Of a stretch of 64,000 bases of DNA, positions 1 to 13,355 are shown piece after piece; position 1 is the first letter of the stretch; every line of letters starts with the position of its first letter. Source of the DNA: Gracilinanus agilis (lineage: Eukaryota); NCBI RefSeq assembly GCF_016433145.1, contig NC_058133.1, positions 35,276,492 through 35,340,491 of the forward strand, written 5' to 3'. The notes beneath the pieces are model-generated. The model did not search any database, was not told the DNA's origin, and saw only the letters and a list, made by a program, of their open reading frames with translations. A program made the translations under genes and the position numbers.

Positions 1-39
1 AAGGTACTGCAACAGCTATATTCCATGATCCCCTACCCT

Positions 40-265
40 TAGGTAGCAAAGTGGACAGAATGTGGAGCCTGGAGTTAGGAAGATCCAAGTTCAAATCTGA
101 CCTCACACACTAGCTTTATGACCCATGGAAAGTCACTTCACCTCTGTATGCCTTAGTTTCCTCAGCTGTAAAATGGAAATAACACTACCTACACCTCTCA
201 GGGTTGTTGTGATGATCAAATTTGTAAAATGCCTGATGCACAGTAGGTGTCTGTGAATGTTTATT
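40..265 (+). mobile_element. MIR/MAR1-like core SINE
   Basis: tRNA-like head (agtggacag...gttcaaatc) and core (ctcagtttcctc.tctgtaaaatgg-like). Confidence 0.75.
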
Positions 266-1353
266 TCCCTCTCTTTACTACCACCCCTCCGAATTCTGCA
301 CTTAAATGTTACCAGAAAGGAGTACTTTCATAGACTTGAAAGAACGGATAGTGACAGTCCTATTGGAAACTGCAAATCCCTATTATAAACAGTTGGCTTT
401 TCTTTGCAGGATCTTGGCTCCTGGGGGCTGAGAAGCAATCACTCAGTGGGTTACTCTCAAAGCTGTCCTGCTTGTCTGGGATGCCTTCAGTTCCCTTTGA
501 TGCATTTTGATGACTGACTCTTCCCTCTTTTTTGGGGGAACCCTGAAAAGTGAAATCTTTGCAATAAGTATGCAGAGTCAAGCAAAAGAAATTCCCATTT
601 CCCATCCTTTCCGTGTCTGAAATGTCGTTCTGGCTTTTGACAACTCTATTTTGGTGGTCAGTCTATTAGCTGAAATGATGCCATTAGACTAAAAAAAAAA
701 TATTTTTGGAAATTTTTCTCTGAAATAGTTCAATTCACTGAAGAACTTGAAAGATTAAATTGAATAAAATGGAATAATAATGAAATGAAATGGAAATCAC
801 CTCCTCCTTCCCACAGGATGACTCCACTGGAGTAATCAAGTGGACTGATGAGTCCTTGCTCAGAGCTGTCATATTCCCATTAGTCCCAGCCACACTGCTC
901 GTTTGCCTCCTCTCCTTCCCAGCTTACTGTCAATCTGTCCCACTTGCCCACTGGCCCTCTTCCCCCCATGCTAGTCCCTTCTCCCCCACTTTCCACCTCT
1001 CTGTACGTGTCGTAAAGCTCCTTGAGGGAAGGGACCATCTTGTTTTTATATCTTCAGCGATTGGCATGGCTTAGCCTGGCATGTAGTAAGTGATGAACAA
1101 ATGGCTGTCTGTATTTGCCACGTGTTCCAGGGCTCTCAATGCCCTTGTGTGTTCAGATTTCAGCCACTCCCTTACTCCCGCCCATGTTTCATCTCAGCTG
1201 GGTCTAGGATTGAAGGGATTTTTAGTAATGAGGATCACCAGCCTCCCTTCCTGCCCAGGTGGGGTGTGTGCGTCATCACCACAGATGGACGGCTACACGG
1301 ATGGATGGAGGCTGGGATGACTTTTCTGGGAGCTCCCTCGAGCACAGACATAC

Positions 1354-3594
1354 CTGGTTCTTTGTCTTCAGAGACTCCATCTCCTGGACAAACTTTTCTG
1401 TCAGCTCCTTGATCTTCTCTGTGTAATTCATATCCTTTAGTCGTAGCTGGTACTCATTTTCCATCTTTAGCTCCTCCACACGAGTCTTCAGTTCCAGCAT
1501 GATCTGAGCCTGTAGAGGGAGATATCACAGCCTTAGGACAGGCTGTCCTGGGCAATGGGCCCTTGTCTTGGGTGAGGATTGCATTCATTCACGGGGGCAG
1601 CCCTATCCCTGAGGGAAGGGCCCCTGTCTTGTTGTATTAGTTAGCTTCTTCCCCACCATCTGGGTGTCTAACACTCACAGTGCTGGCTTTGCTGATGACT
1701 TCTATTATTTATTTTATTTTAATAACAAATTTCCACATAAGTTTTCCAAAGTTATAGGATCCAAATTGGCTCCCTCCTTTCTTCCCTCCTCCCTCCCAGA
1801 GCTGGCAAACTATTCAATCTGGGTTATACATGTATTATCACACAAAACATTTTCACATTATTCATTACTGTAAGTAATAATTTTAAAAAGCCAAAACCCC
1901 CAAACATATACCCAAATAAACAAAAGAAAAACTGTATGCTTTCATCTCTATGCCTATTCCAACACTTCTTTCTCCTAAGTCCCTCGGAATTGTCCTAGAT
2001 CATTGCATTGCTGTTAGTAGCCAAGTCTTTCATGTTTGATCATTCCACAATATTGCTGTTACTGTGTATAATGTTTTCCTGGTTCTGCTTATTTCATTCT
2101 GCATCAGTTCATGGAGGTTTTTTCTTTTGAAAATTTTATTTAATTAGTTAATTTAGAACATTTTCCCATGGTTACATGATTCATGTTCTTTCCCTCCCTT
2201 TCCCCCACTCCCCTCCCGTAGCTGACATGCAGTTCCACTGGGTTTTACATGTGTCATTGATCAAGACCTATTTCCAGATTATTGATATTTGCATTAGGGT
2301 GATCGGTTAGAGTCTACATTCCCAATCATGTCCCCATCGACCCATGTGATCAGGCAGTTGTTTTTCTTCTGTGTTTCTACTCTTAGGGTCACACAGAAAA
2401 TAAGAACAGTAGACCCAGGATTTGAACCCAGGTCCTCTGATTCCTGATTCAGTGCTCTCCCCCAAAGTAGGGTGATAAAAAAGAGATCAAAGTGCCTGTT
2501 TCTTCAGCCCTCACAGCACCCTCCCAGTGAACTCACAGCCTGTAGCAGACCTTTGAGTGTGAGTCCAAAAGATCCTGACTCAAGCTCAGAGACATGTAAG
2601 CTCAGTTTTATAGGACTGGCAGGTCTCAGACTCATTGTGGGAGGGACCTTGTCTCTGGCAGTAACTGGCAGGAATTGGGTTCATGGTGGGGGAAGCCTCC
2701 CTCTGACAGCTACTGCTGCTCCTTTAGTAAATATGTTCCTTCTCTGGAACAATCCACTGAGCAAACAGATGGGCTGCTTACATAGAAAAGAGAGCTGTAA
2801 GCCAAAGGTATGCTCCCCAGACAAATGAGTGAAGGGCCAAGGAAGGTCTCTAAGATCTTACATAAACACTGGTCGGGATTTAAAGCCCTCGCCCCACACT
2901 GCCTTTGCAATCTTATTCAACCTTCCTCCTTTCCTCACACTATGGTTCTGTCAAGTTGCCTTCCTTGCTGTTCCTCACACATAACACTCGATGTTCCATC
3001 TCCAGGCTTTTGCCCAGGTTGTCCTCTGTCCTTGGAACATTCTCTCCAGCCCCTGCCTCTTAGAATCTCTGGCTTCCCTCCAGATACAACTTAACCCTAC
3101 TAAGGCCTGTCCTGGTTCCCAAGCTGCTGCTAATGCGCCACCCTTCTATTTTGCATATTGTCTCCTTTAGGTAGATGGTAAGTGCCCAGAGGTCAGGGGC
3201 TGTTTCTCCCTGACCATTATGGCCCCAGGGCTGCATGCATAGCTGGTGGAATGGTTGGGCAGAAGAAGCTCCTGTGAGGGTGCTCCATGCACTGAGCCAC
3301 CTAACTGCCCCTTAGCATGGCTTCTTGATGCTGCCTTTACAGGACATGCTCCGCCTGCTCAAATTCCACTTCTCTCTGGTACCTAAGGATCTGGCAAATT
3401 TTAGGAGGCCCTCAGCCTCTTCCAAGACATAGTTTACCCACATACACACATATCTATCCATACACACCCCTATACATACTCTATATGTACATATTATATA
3501 TGTGTGTGGATATATACATACATATACATCAATCTTTATCTTTATAGCACTCTCTCTCCTTCTCTCTCTCTGTCTCTCTCCCTCCCTCCTTCCT

Positions 3595-3641
<47 letters not shown>

Positions 3642-5660
3642 TATTGTTAGTAATCAGTCCCATAAGGAAAGTCTGCTTTAAAACCAAAAGGGTATTGCCC
3701 ACATAGCATAGGAAGGGCACCGTTCATCATACTTTGAAAGCTGAGGCCTCTCAGATGGGCTAATGGTTTCACTCTCTTCATTGGCCCCTGCTGGAGGCAG
3801 TCAGCTTGGGATCAGTCAGTCATCATTCAAGACCAGGCATCAAGCTGGGCACCAGGGAGCTGAGCTCTCCTCGCCCTGCTGGAGATACCTGCTGGTAATA
3901 CCTAATTATTTCTTTCAAAACCAGTAACTCACTGGTGGCACAGAGAACCCTGTATATATAGGACTTCCTGATTAAGGTCAGTTAGCTAAAAGAAGTCCTG
4001 AGGGGTTGGGGGGGGGCACTTGGACAGCCAAAGGGATGGCTGATGGCTGACTTCAATAGTCAAATGGAAGATTTGAATTTGATAAGCCCTTCAGCAGCAG
4101 AACCCATAGGTTAAGTCAGCAAATCTCTGGGGTGCCAGCCTTGGGGCCAAGTATTCTTCCAGGAGCCAAAGGATTATCACTGAGAAGAGGGATCTAATTT
4201 ATTTTGGGGGGGTCTCAGAGGAAGGCATCAGGGGTGGAGGGAGAAGCAAGGAAGTGGTCGTTTTGAGTGTGTGCATGAAATGGATCTCCTAGTTAACGAG
4301 CTGGAAAAAATTCTTTCAGATTTAAATGAGAAGATCAAGAAGCCAATGTGGGCTCTGTTTCAGGACACATGCCCTAACAATGAGAGCTAACCTAGAGGAG
4401 ATGGGGCAGTCTGAGGAGGAGGGGGCTCCCCTCATTGGAGGCCTTTCTATAAAGATAGGACAGTCATGTGCCAGGTTCATTATTGGGGAAGGGTGTGCTG
4501 GTAAATGTTTAACCAAGTGTTGAATAAAAAAAGGCATGCCTAACACATTTAGGGTTTACTCTGCATTTTTTCCATCACTTTATAAAATCTAGATAAGTAC
4601 AATCAAATCCTGACCAGCATTTTGGTGTAAATGCTCATGGTAACAACTGGACCTGTGGACTCTCTCAAGCCAGTACGCTCTGGCTCCAGGATACTCCTGC
4701 CTCTTCAGGTATACCAGCACTCAGAGCAGGGGCTGTATGGCCTCTGGTCAGCTTCTGAGGCTCTGTACTGTCTGCCATCGGAGACCATGGTAGGAACCTT
4801 CCTGCCAGTGAAATCTTAGCTCACAGGGACACTCTCATAATCAACCTCTACCACCCAGGAACTGGCCAGGAGAGGGCAAAAGGGACAAACAGAGAGAAGC
4901 TGACCCCCCAGCCCTTACCTTCTCTTCCATGTCTGTCTTAGTGACCAGCACTTCCTCAGCAAAGCCCACTTCCCGTTCCCTTTTGACACCCCGGCCATCC
5001 TTATCGTAGACCTTCCAGGTGATGAGGCAGCCATCCTCAGCACAGGTCAACAGGTACTGGTCATCAAATGTAATGTGCATCTAAAGAGGGAGGAATGAGG
5101 GGTGGTGAAGAGGTCATTTGGGTCCACAATGGCAGTGGGGGCCACACTTCTCAGCCATGTCTAGCCCTTATTATCTCCTAGAAAAATAAGACACACCTTG
5201 ACTTTTGAGTAACAGGGGATATCCTGCCCAGAGCACCAGTCCAGGAAAGAGGAGGACAGGGCTCTTTTCTTCAGATTCTTAATCTCTAAACAAGGGAATA
5301 TCCTCTTTGGAAGCCAGAAGGAATAGCATTCCCCAAAGTGTATGGCCGTCCCAGACTGACTGTCCAGTAGGCTTCACTTATGGCTGGTCAGCTCTAAAGG
5401 AAGGAGAGAAAAGAGGCTGGGGCGGGACCAATAGCAGCACTTGCCCCATGGTTCCTCATCCTCACGTCCCTAGGAAAATGCAACCTTTTAATCCAAACTC
5501 ATGAATCCACTTCAGTCCCAGGCTCACACTAATCCTCAACCCCTTTTCTTAGGCATGCCATGCCATTAGGGCACCTCTAATCCTGGTGTAAGAGACAGTG
5601 TCCTCCCATGAGGCAGTCCTTAACCCCACTTTGAGAGATAATGCTCCTCTTATGTGTCTC

Positions 5661-5723
<63 letters not shown>

Positions 5724-8700
5724 GCCTCCTGCAATCTGAGAGGCCATACGCTGTCCCATTAGGGCTAAGGTGTCTTGTTCTCCATTGGTCTTATGGTAGT
5801 CAGAAGGGAAGTTTCCATGAGTCCTTGGAAGACTTTTAGCATTTCTTGGCATTAAAAGACATCTGAATAATTGTTTAAATCTTTCCCATCTTGAGCCTTT
5901 CTTTGCAGGAAGTAGGCCAACGGGAGCCAGGCGAAGAAGATATTTAGAACCATGGAGAAGAGAGGAAGGGAAGGCAGGAGGACCCTCTTACCTTTGTGAC
6001 AGGCCCAGCATGTGCCTGATACTCATTGTATTCCTTGTGTATAGGCAGGGGGTACTTCATGGATCGGATGGTGCCCATCGTGGTGCCTACAAACACCATG
6101 CGTCCCGAGTGGGAGATGACAATGGCTGTGTAGATGACATCAAAGGCAGACACTTCCCGAAGCACCTGGCATACAGAAAACTCTGCTCAGGGGCTGAGCC
6201 ACCTTGGGGTGTCCCTCTGTGAGGCAGCCACCAGATGTGGCTCTCTTGTGGCTCACCCACACCAGAGCCAGGCTCCTCCTCCTGCTGGTGACAGGCAATA
6301 GCACTCAACACTGGATAGAAAATCCTAGAAGGGAGACACCAGCCCACTGAATTTTGGTCCCTCCTCTCAGATTCTAGCCCTCCACACACTGTAGGTGGGT
6401 GATAAAGAGAAGGAGTCAGAAAACTCTGTCCTAGAGAGAACATACAATGATTCCCTGCTAACCCGTGCTAACTGCATGACCACTGCTTCTTAGTCTTAGC
6501 TGGTTTCTTAATTGTGGGGGGCCCCCAAGGCTCTGTCCCGAGTTCTCTTTTCTCCCCTCTCTACCTCTTGCTTGGTTTCCTCAGCCTCCATTTCACAGGG
6601 TCCCAATCCCTATCTGTCTAGCCCTATACTTTCTTATCAGCCCCAGTCTGGCACCACAAACTGCCTATCGGACAGCTCAAACTGGACATCCTGAGGTCAA
6701 TTCCAAATCAACGTGTTCAAAACTGAACTCATCATCTTCCCCCTCACCAAGTCCTCTTCTCAACTTTCCAATGATTGTTGAAGGCACCATCATCTTCTCC
6801 AGACTGCCCTCTTGACTTTCTTCTGGACTCTACAAATACTCCCAGAAACAGATCCAACCTGAAAGATCTCTCCAACTCTGGGCTTCACACAATGAAAATA
6901 CATAGTACTCCAACTCTCTGGTCTCTCTCTCTGACTGGTTGGTTCCTCTCCTTCAGAACTCAACCTCTTCCTACCTTTCTAGGCTTCTTCTACACCCCGC
7001 ATGCAGCTACACTGGTCTCCTTGCTGGTTCTCGCTCAAGGCACTCCACCCCCATCTTCATTCCTTTACCCAGGCCTGGAGGGTTCTCCCTCTTCACTTCT
7101 ACCTTCTGACTTCCCTCAAGACTCAGCTCCAACTTCATCTTCTAAAAGCCTGTCCTTGTTCCCCACCAGCTGTCAGGGCCTACAACCCTCCAGTCTGTAT
7201 TTACCCTATATGAGTACAGTTTGCATGTTGTCTCCCCTGTTAGAACATGAGCATCTTAAGCCATGCTTTTGCTGGGTTTTGTATTCCCCAGGCTTAGCAC
7301 AGTTGTAAGAGGGGAGACTAGATATTTAAGGTATGGCCGCCAGAAATCGATTAACTCGATTTCAAAATAAAATAGACCCAAGTCAGGATGACTTTTATGG
7401 TGGTTAATGTACAATTAGGAAGGTTGAAAGTAGGGAAATTGAGAGAGAGAAACTCTGGCCTGGACCACAGGCCTGAACCAGGTAGGAATTTAGAGGCCCC
7501 AGCAGAGGGGTACAGAGGTTAATTAAACTAGGCTTCTAGCCACAAGGTCTCCTCCAAGAAGAGAGGCTTCCCTAAGGCTAGAGCCTCCAGAAATGCCAAG
7601 GGAAGAGAAAGAGTCAGCCTAACTTACCCACGTGACAATTCAAAGGGAAGCAGTCTGAGGTCTCACCAGAGATCCTTCAACACCAAGTTCAAAGCACCCA
7701 CTTCTCCACAGGAAGTTACCATCATATTTAAAAGATAGCATCTTTCGTCACTTCCTGTGTCCACCTCCAATTTCAAGTGGACAAATGGCAGCCTCCCCCT
7801 CCCCACTTAATTCTAAGTTGGATGGGGTGACATTATTCCTGGTGGCTAGTCTGAACAAATGAATGAGGGTGAGCTAATTCCATTCACACACAGTGCACAA
7901 AGAAAGCACTCAATAATAGCCTGTTGTTGACACAGACAGCACATGGATACCCTCCTCCTCATGGTTCCTCTACTAAGAGGACACAAAGTCACTCTTCTAT
8001 CCCTCAATGATTCCCCTACAAAGTGTTTGAGCTATTCTCCTGTCAATGTCTTGGTCATCTCGTAATCTCTGGGTCACTCAGTTGGAAGGAAAGCCTGGAG
8101 CCCCTAAGCCAGCAAAAGTCTTCTGGTCTGTTACCGTCCTCGTGCCCACCTCTGTGTTGCAGAAACACTATGTGTGTCCATGGCATTCTCCTGGCCTGCC
8201 AGTCTAGGGACTTTGTCTGCCCAGGAATTGGATGAAACCATATTGGATCTTTGCCATTACCGTTTCCTTCCCTAGATGCTCACTAAGCATCCCTTTACAG
8301 ACCCATTTGTCTCCCCAGAGATCAAGGTCAAGTCCACTGGCCTATGGTCATCCCCAGCAGCATTCTGCCCCTTCTTTGTTTTCTCTTTCCCCAATATAGA
8401 TGTGTGCACAGGCTTGGAAGGAGCTGGTCAGGACATTGTGGATTGATTGATTTTCTTCCAGCCTAGGCATCAGATGAAATTACAGAAGGTAAGGAGAAGG
8501 CTGTAAGAGACAAGCAGGTGTGAAAGTCAATGCATAATGAACGTCTTGTCGCTCCTTAACAAGATGTGAAGAAATCTTTCGGTCCAAGTTGATGGAAATA
8601 GAGGGCACTTAACCACTGTCTGGTCAGGGATGGTGCCATGCCCTTGGTTGCCCTTAAACAGAAAGATGTGCTCTAAGGAGTCAGTCAAGTCAAGGGTTAG

Positions 8701-11700
8701 CTCTGAAAGGGATGGCCTCTGGCATCGTAGTGCCAGCCTCAGAAGAAGCCAGCTTTTGAAAAAGAATTGTTCCTTATCATTTGAGGAGGGGATTTCTTTC
8801 TCCTCTTTATATCCCGTTCATTGTTCTGCCTTGTAGGTAGACTACTTGCCCATAGGAGAAACTAAGCAGTGAAGTGGATAGAGTGCCTGGGCATGGAGTT
8901 AGAAAAACCCCATTCCAAATCCGGCACCAGTGCTTACTAGTTGTAGGACCTGGGAAAGCCACTAAACTGCTGCCTGCCTCAGTTTCCTCAACTGTAAAAT
9001 GGGGATAATATCACCTATCTCTGTAACAGTTTCACCTACCTCTCAGGGTTGTTGTAAGAATCAAATGAGATAATATTGTAAAGCACTTAGCATAGTGCCT
9101 ACCACAGAGAAGATGCTTAATAAATGTTCACCCAGAGTGAAATAGGCCTTGCCAGTCAAGGCCCAAGACTCGAAAATCTTTGTGAATTTAAAGGGAGTCC
9201 AACAGAGATATTGCACTCAGGGGAACTTCATGAAGACACTCTGAGAAGGAAAAGGACATTGTGTTCCTGCAGTCAGAAGTGAGAGTTTCCTGGGCCATAT
9301 GTGTTTCCTACATGTGCACCTCTCTTATGTTCCATATGTGTTTCTATTCTTCCTGCTGATGCCACGTGTGCTGGGAAGAGAGTGCCCCAGGTTTATGGAG
9401 GGCAGCTTTGCTTCTGTTTTTCATGCTATGTCATTTCAATAAATGTCTTTGCTTTGAGCTAGCTGTGCCCTCTGGCTAAGTATTAAAGGTAAACACATTG
9501 GTGGGGGCTCATGAGTTTTATTTTGAGGAGGGTAACCCCATATAATATCTTGAATCTTCGAGCAGATGCCCCTTTGGGGTCCTACCCTGAAAGTGTGAGT
9601 TGGGAGAGAACAGCTCAAGAGGGTGTGCTATACTATAGGGGCTTTCTCTGGGATATATTTGGGTGTCCTATGTGTACTTACAGTAACCCACTGAAGAGAT
9701 TCCCTATCTGAGATCTCCCTCCACAATGGCAATTAGTCAACCATGAAGGTCTGGTATGCTGCTGCTTTAGTTCCACCTCAGCCCTGCCTCCCCAAGTCAT
9801 GGTCTTGCTCACCGAAGAGTCTGCAATCTCCTTGAGGGTCTGGTCAGATCCGACAGCAAAAATGATTTTAGAGTCAGGAGAGATGGTCACATAGTTGTAG
9901 CTGCAAGACTTAAGCACGCACTCAGTCTCCCTCCTTCCTAAGGACAGGTTCCATTCATACACAGCACCATCTGTGCCACAGGAAATCAGCTTGCTGTCAT
10001 CCAGATTCCATGCAACTGACTTGATCTGGAAGATAGTGAAGAATATTTAGACAAGTAAAATGCTATGGGCCTGGAAAACTAAATCTGACTAACATTTATT
10101 AAGCCCTTATTATGTTCAAGGCCTTGGGTGTATTAAAAAAATGAGAGCTTGCCCACTCCTGTGACAATTAAATTAAGTCTACACAAAGGTGAGAGCACCT
10201 TCCAATTCTGGGAGGTCCTAACCCATGGGTGCTAGAGTGAGTGACCAATCAGAATTGAGGCACCCTTGTGATTGGGCATGTGAATTAGGAGGGAGGAGCG
10301 GAAGTGACACATAAGTAACCCCTTTAAAAGGAGATCCTCAGTCAGCTGGGGTCTTGGGTGGAAGACAGCATCTAGTGAGGCTGCAGGAGTGAGTGATGCT
10401 GCGACTGTTGCGGTGAAGGGGACCTGAGGGAGCTTTGCTGGTTTGTGACCTAGACTGTTCCACATGGGCAAGTTAGGTTGACTCTCTTTCTCTTTCCTTG
10501 GCATTTCTGGAGGCTCTACCCGCAGGGAGGCCTCTCTAATTGTAAAGGCCTTGTAGCTAGAAGCCTTGTTTAATTAACCTTTGCGCCCCAACTGCTGGGC
10601 CTCCAAATCCTTACCTGGTCCCGGCCTCTAGTCCGGGCCAGAGTTTCTCTCTCTCAATTCCCTACCTTCATAAATGTAAATAAAAGGCAATTTTGACTTG
10701 AGATTATTCCTTAATTGAGGAAATTTCCCCTGGCAACCACCTTTTAATATATTGAACCCATAAAACCCCTTTTTACCCCTTACACTCCCAAGGGCTCTTT
10801 GGAACACACAACTTGTACACATGTAAGGAAATACAAATTTAACTGATTTAAACCAATTGCTGTAAGGAAAAGACCCAAAGAAACCCAAACTGCCTTAGTG
10901 GGCAATTGCTCAACTTGTCTGCTAAGGCAGCCAAGAGCAATGCCAATTTAGGAAAGAAACTCACACAGACAAAGATGCTGGAACATGAAGGTGGTGGAGA
11001 TCGCCTCCACAAACCAAGAAAACCCTCACCTTGCCTGTGTGTCCCTTCAGGTTACTGATGTTTTCTAGGCTGGTCGAGGTGTAGATGTGGATGACGTTCC
11101 CGTTGACAGCAGCAAATAGGTGACCTCCATTACTAAAGGCACACTACAGGGTTGAGTTAGAGACAAACATGAACCCTGGGCTAAGCATCCAGCAGGCAGG
11201 ACCACGTGCTCAGTGTCTAAAGTGACAACTACATTGGGCTCAGTGGGATTGAGAAACAACTCCACCAGGATGTCCAAGGAGGGCCAACACTGTCCACCAG
11301 CTGCACCCACCAGTCCCAAGGCACAAGAAAGGGCCTCATGCCTGCAGATCCCCTCACTTGTTCCCCACTCCTGGCCAGGACCTCCTTTTACTCTTTCACC
11401 CAAGGAGCTCTGGGTAGGTTATAGTCTCTAGTCCACTTGGGTGGGTAGTAAGAGAAGGGGCTGGAAGACTTTCCATTCATGGCCAGGAGCCAAGCTATGC
11501 TACTCTGGCCTCTATTCTGGTCCTAGAAGGCCCTATGATGACAGTCATGCCATCAATGAACAGGGGGAAGGTAGGTATCTGAGCACATTGGACATTAAGA
11601 AGGTTACTCATGGGAGAATATCCAGAAATCAGAGGCAGGGGGAAGTGTGGTGGAAAACATCTGGGTGAAGAACAACAGAGATAAACAGAAGTTTATCTTT

Positions 11701-13302
11701 TGACTTGGGCAGAGGGAAGAAATAAATGGAGAAATGGATCATGAACAGGGTAGCCCAGAGCTGAGCTTTATTCATGAAAAGGAAATACTCCTAGGGGTAC
11801 AGTTAGTGGATAGAGAGCTAGGCCTACAGATGGGGAGGCCCTAGGTTCAAATCTGGCCTCAGATACTCCCTAGCTGTGTGACCTGGACAAGTCACTTAAC
11901 CTAGCCTTTTGTGATCTTTTTTCTTGGAATCAGTACAAATAATGATTCTAAGACAGAAAGGAAGGGTTTTAAAAAAAGAGAAAGAAAAACTCATAGCAAT
12001 CAGAGTTATTCTAGAGTGTGAGAGGCTGTCTTGGGCTTTAGGAGAGAGGGAGCTATCGGGAAGCTGAATGGCCTCTCTCAGGGGGCCCTTGTGGTTCTGA
12101 GTTCTTGAATTCCCCAGGAGGCCTGGCCTTGCTTTCAGCTCTCCTGGAAGATCTTACCTCTCGGCACCCTCGAATAGGGAATTCTTTGAATGATCGGATG
12201 TCATTAATGAGAAGGTTCATGATGCGCAGTTTGTCAGCAAAGCCAACCACAGTATAGTGCCCAGAGGGGTGAAGAGAGATGGTGTATGCCTCCTCCTGGT
12301 ACTCCTTATACAGTTCCAGGTTACTGGGGACAGAATGGGGATCCATCATTCTCTTCCAAAGTCCATCAGGTGACTACCCAATTCCCACCAAATAGGCAGC
12401 TCCCCAACATCTGTTCTTTAAAGAGTCCTTGTCAAATAAAGAGTTCTAAGCAATCAGCAAGCTTCGCCTCTCCCACATTTCCTAACAGAACAGAAGCTTC
12501 CTGATGGCAGGATTTAGTTGCTTCCGTATCCCTGGTACACAGCACAGTGCCTTGGCCTTATTTCTTGGCCTGGACTTGAGATTTCATTGGAGAGGGGAAG
12601 TCTCAAGTGTGGACAAGCTTACACTCAATGCCTATTGGCATCTCCTCTGATGGATGGTTTCAGAGATGTCAGGGGATCTGAGGCCCTGAAAAATGAGGGT
12701 CACACAAAGCTAGCATGTGCCAGAGGCAGGGTTAAAAATGGATTTCTAGCCATTTCTAGATTTTCTAGCCTGGCACTTAGAAAGTGAATTGAGCCAGACA
12801 GGATGGCAATGAGGCAAACATCTCACTCTCATCTTTTTCTTTCTTACTTGTTCTCGTAGTTCCAGATGCGCACTGATCGGTCCAGAGAACATGTAGCAAT
12901 AAGGGGCTTACGGATACAGATAGCCATTCCAGTGACGGGTGCAGAGTGCAGCGGGAATGTGAGGTACTCAAAATGAGCAGGCTCCCCCTGGGAAAATCAC
13001 ACAAGGAGTCATTGATGGGGACTTGCCCAGGTACCCCAGGCCCATCCCAATCACTCCAGGCTGGATGGGCTGAGAAACCAGAAGAAATCACATTTTGAGG
13101 GAATAATGCTGAGAAAATCAAAGTCCAGCTCACAGTCTCCCAGTGATTTCCTGCTATCAATGACATCATATAGGAATGGTGTATGGAAAAACAGACACAC
13201 AAGGGACACCAGCCCTTACAGGAATGGCTTATGCTGGACCCTGCGACATCTAAGAATGATGTCAGGTCTTTTAGAGCACAGACTTTTGTGGTTTCTTTTC
13301 TT

Positions 13303-13355
<53 letters not shown>

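Noticed and set aside
3780-3890. Two CCCTGCTGGAG motifs resembling CTCF sites
   Set aside because: Both deviate from the CTCF core consensus and cannot be supported without ChIP data.
3529-5852. ORFs with RERE, VCVC and THTH runs
   Set aside because: These are translations of (TC)n and (AC)n microsatellites.
6775-7308. 177-aa Ser/Leu/Pro-rich ORF
   Set aside because: It lies in a pyrimidine-rich, decayed L2-like LINE strand and has no recognisable domain.
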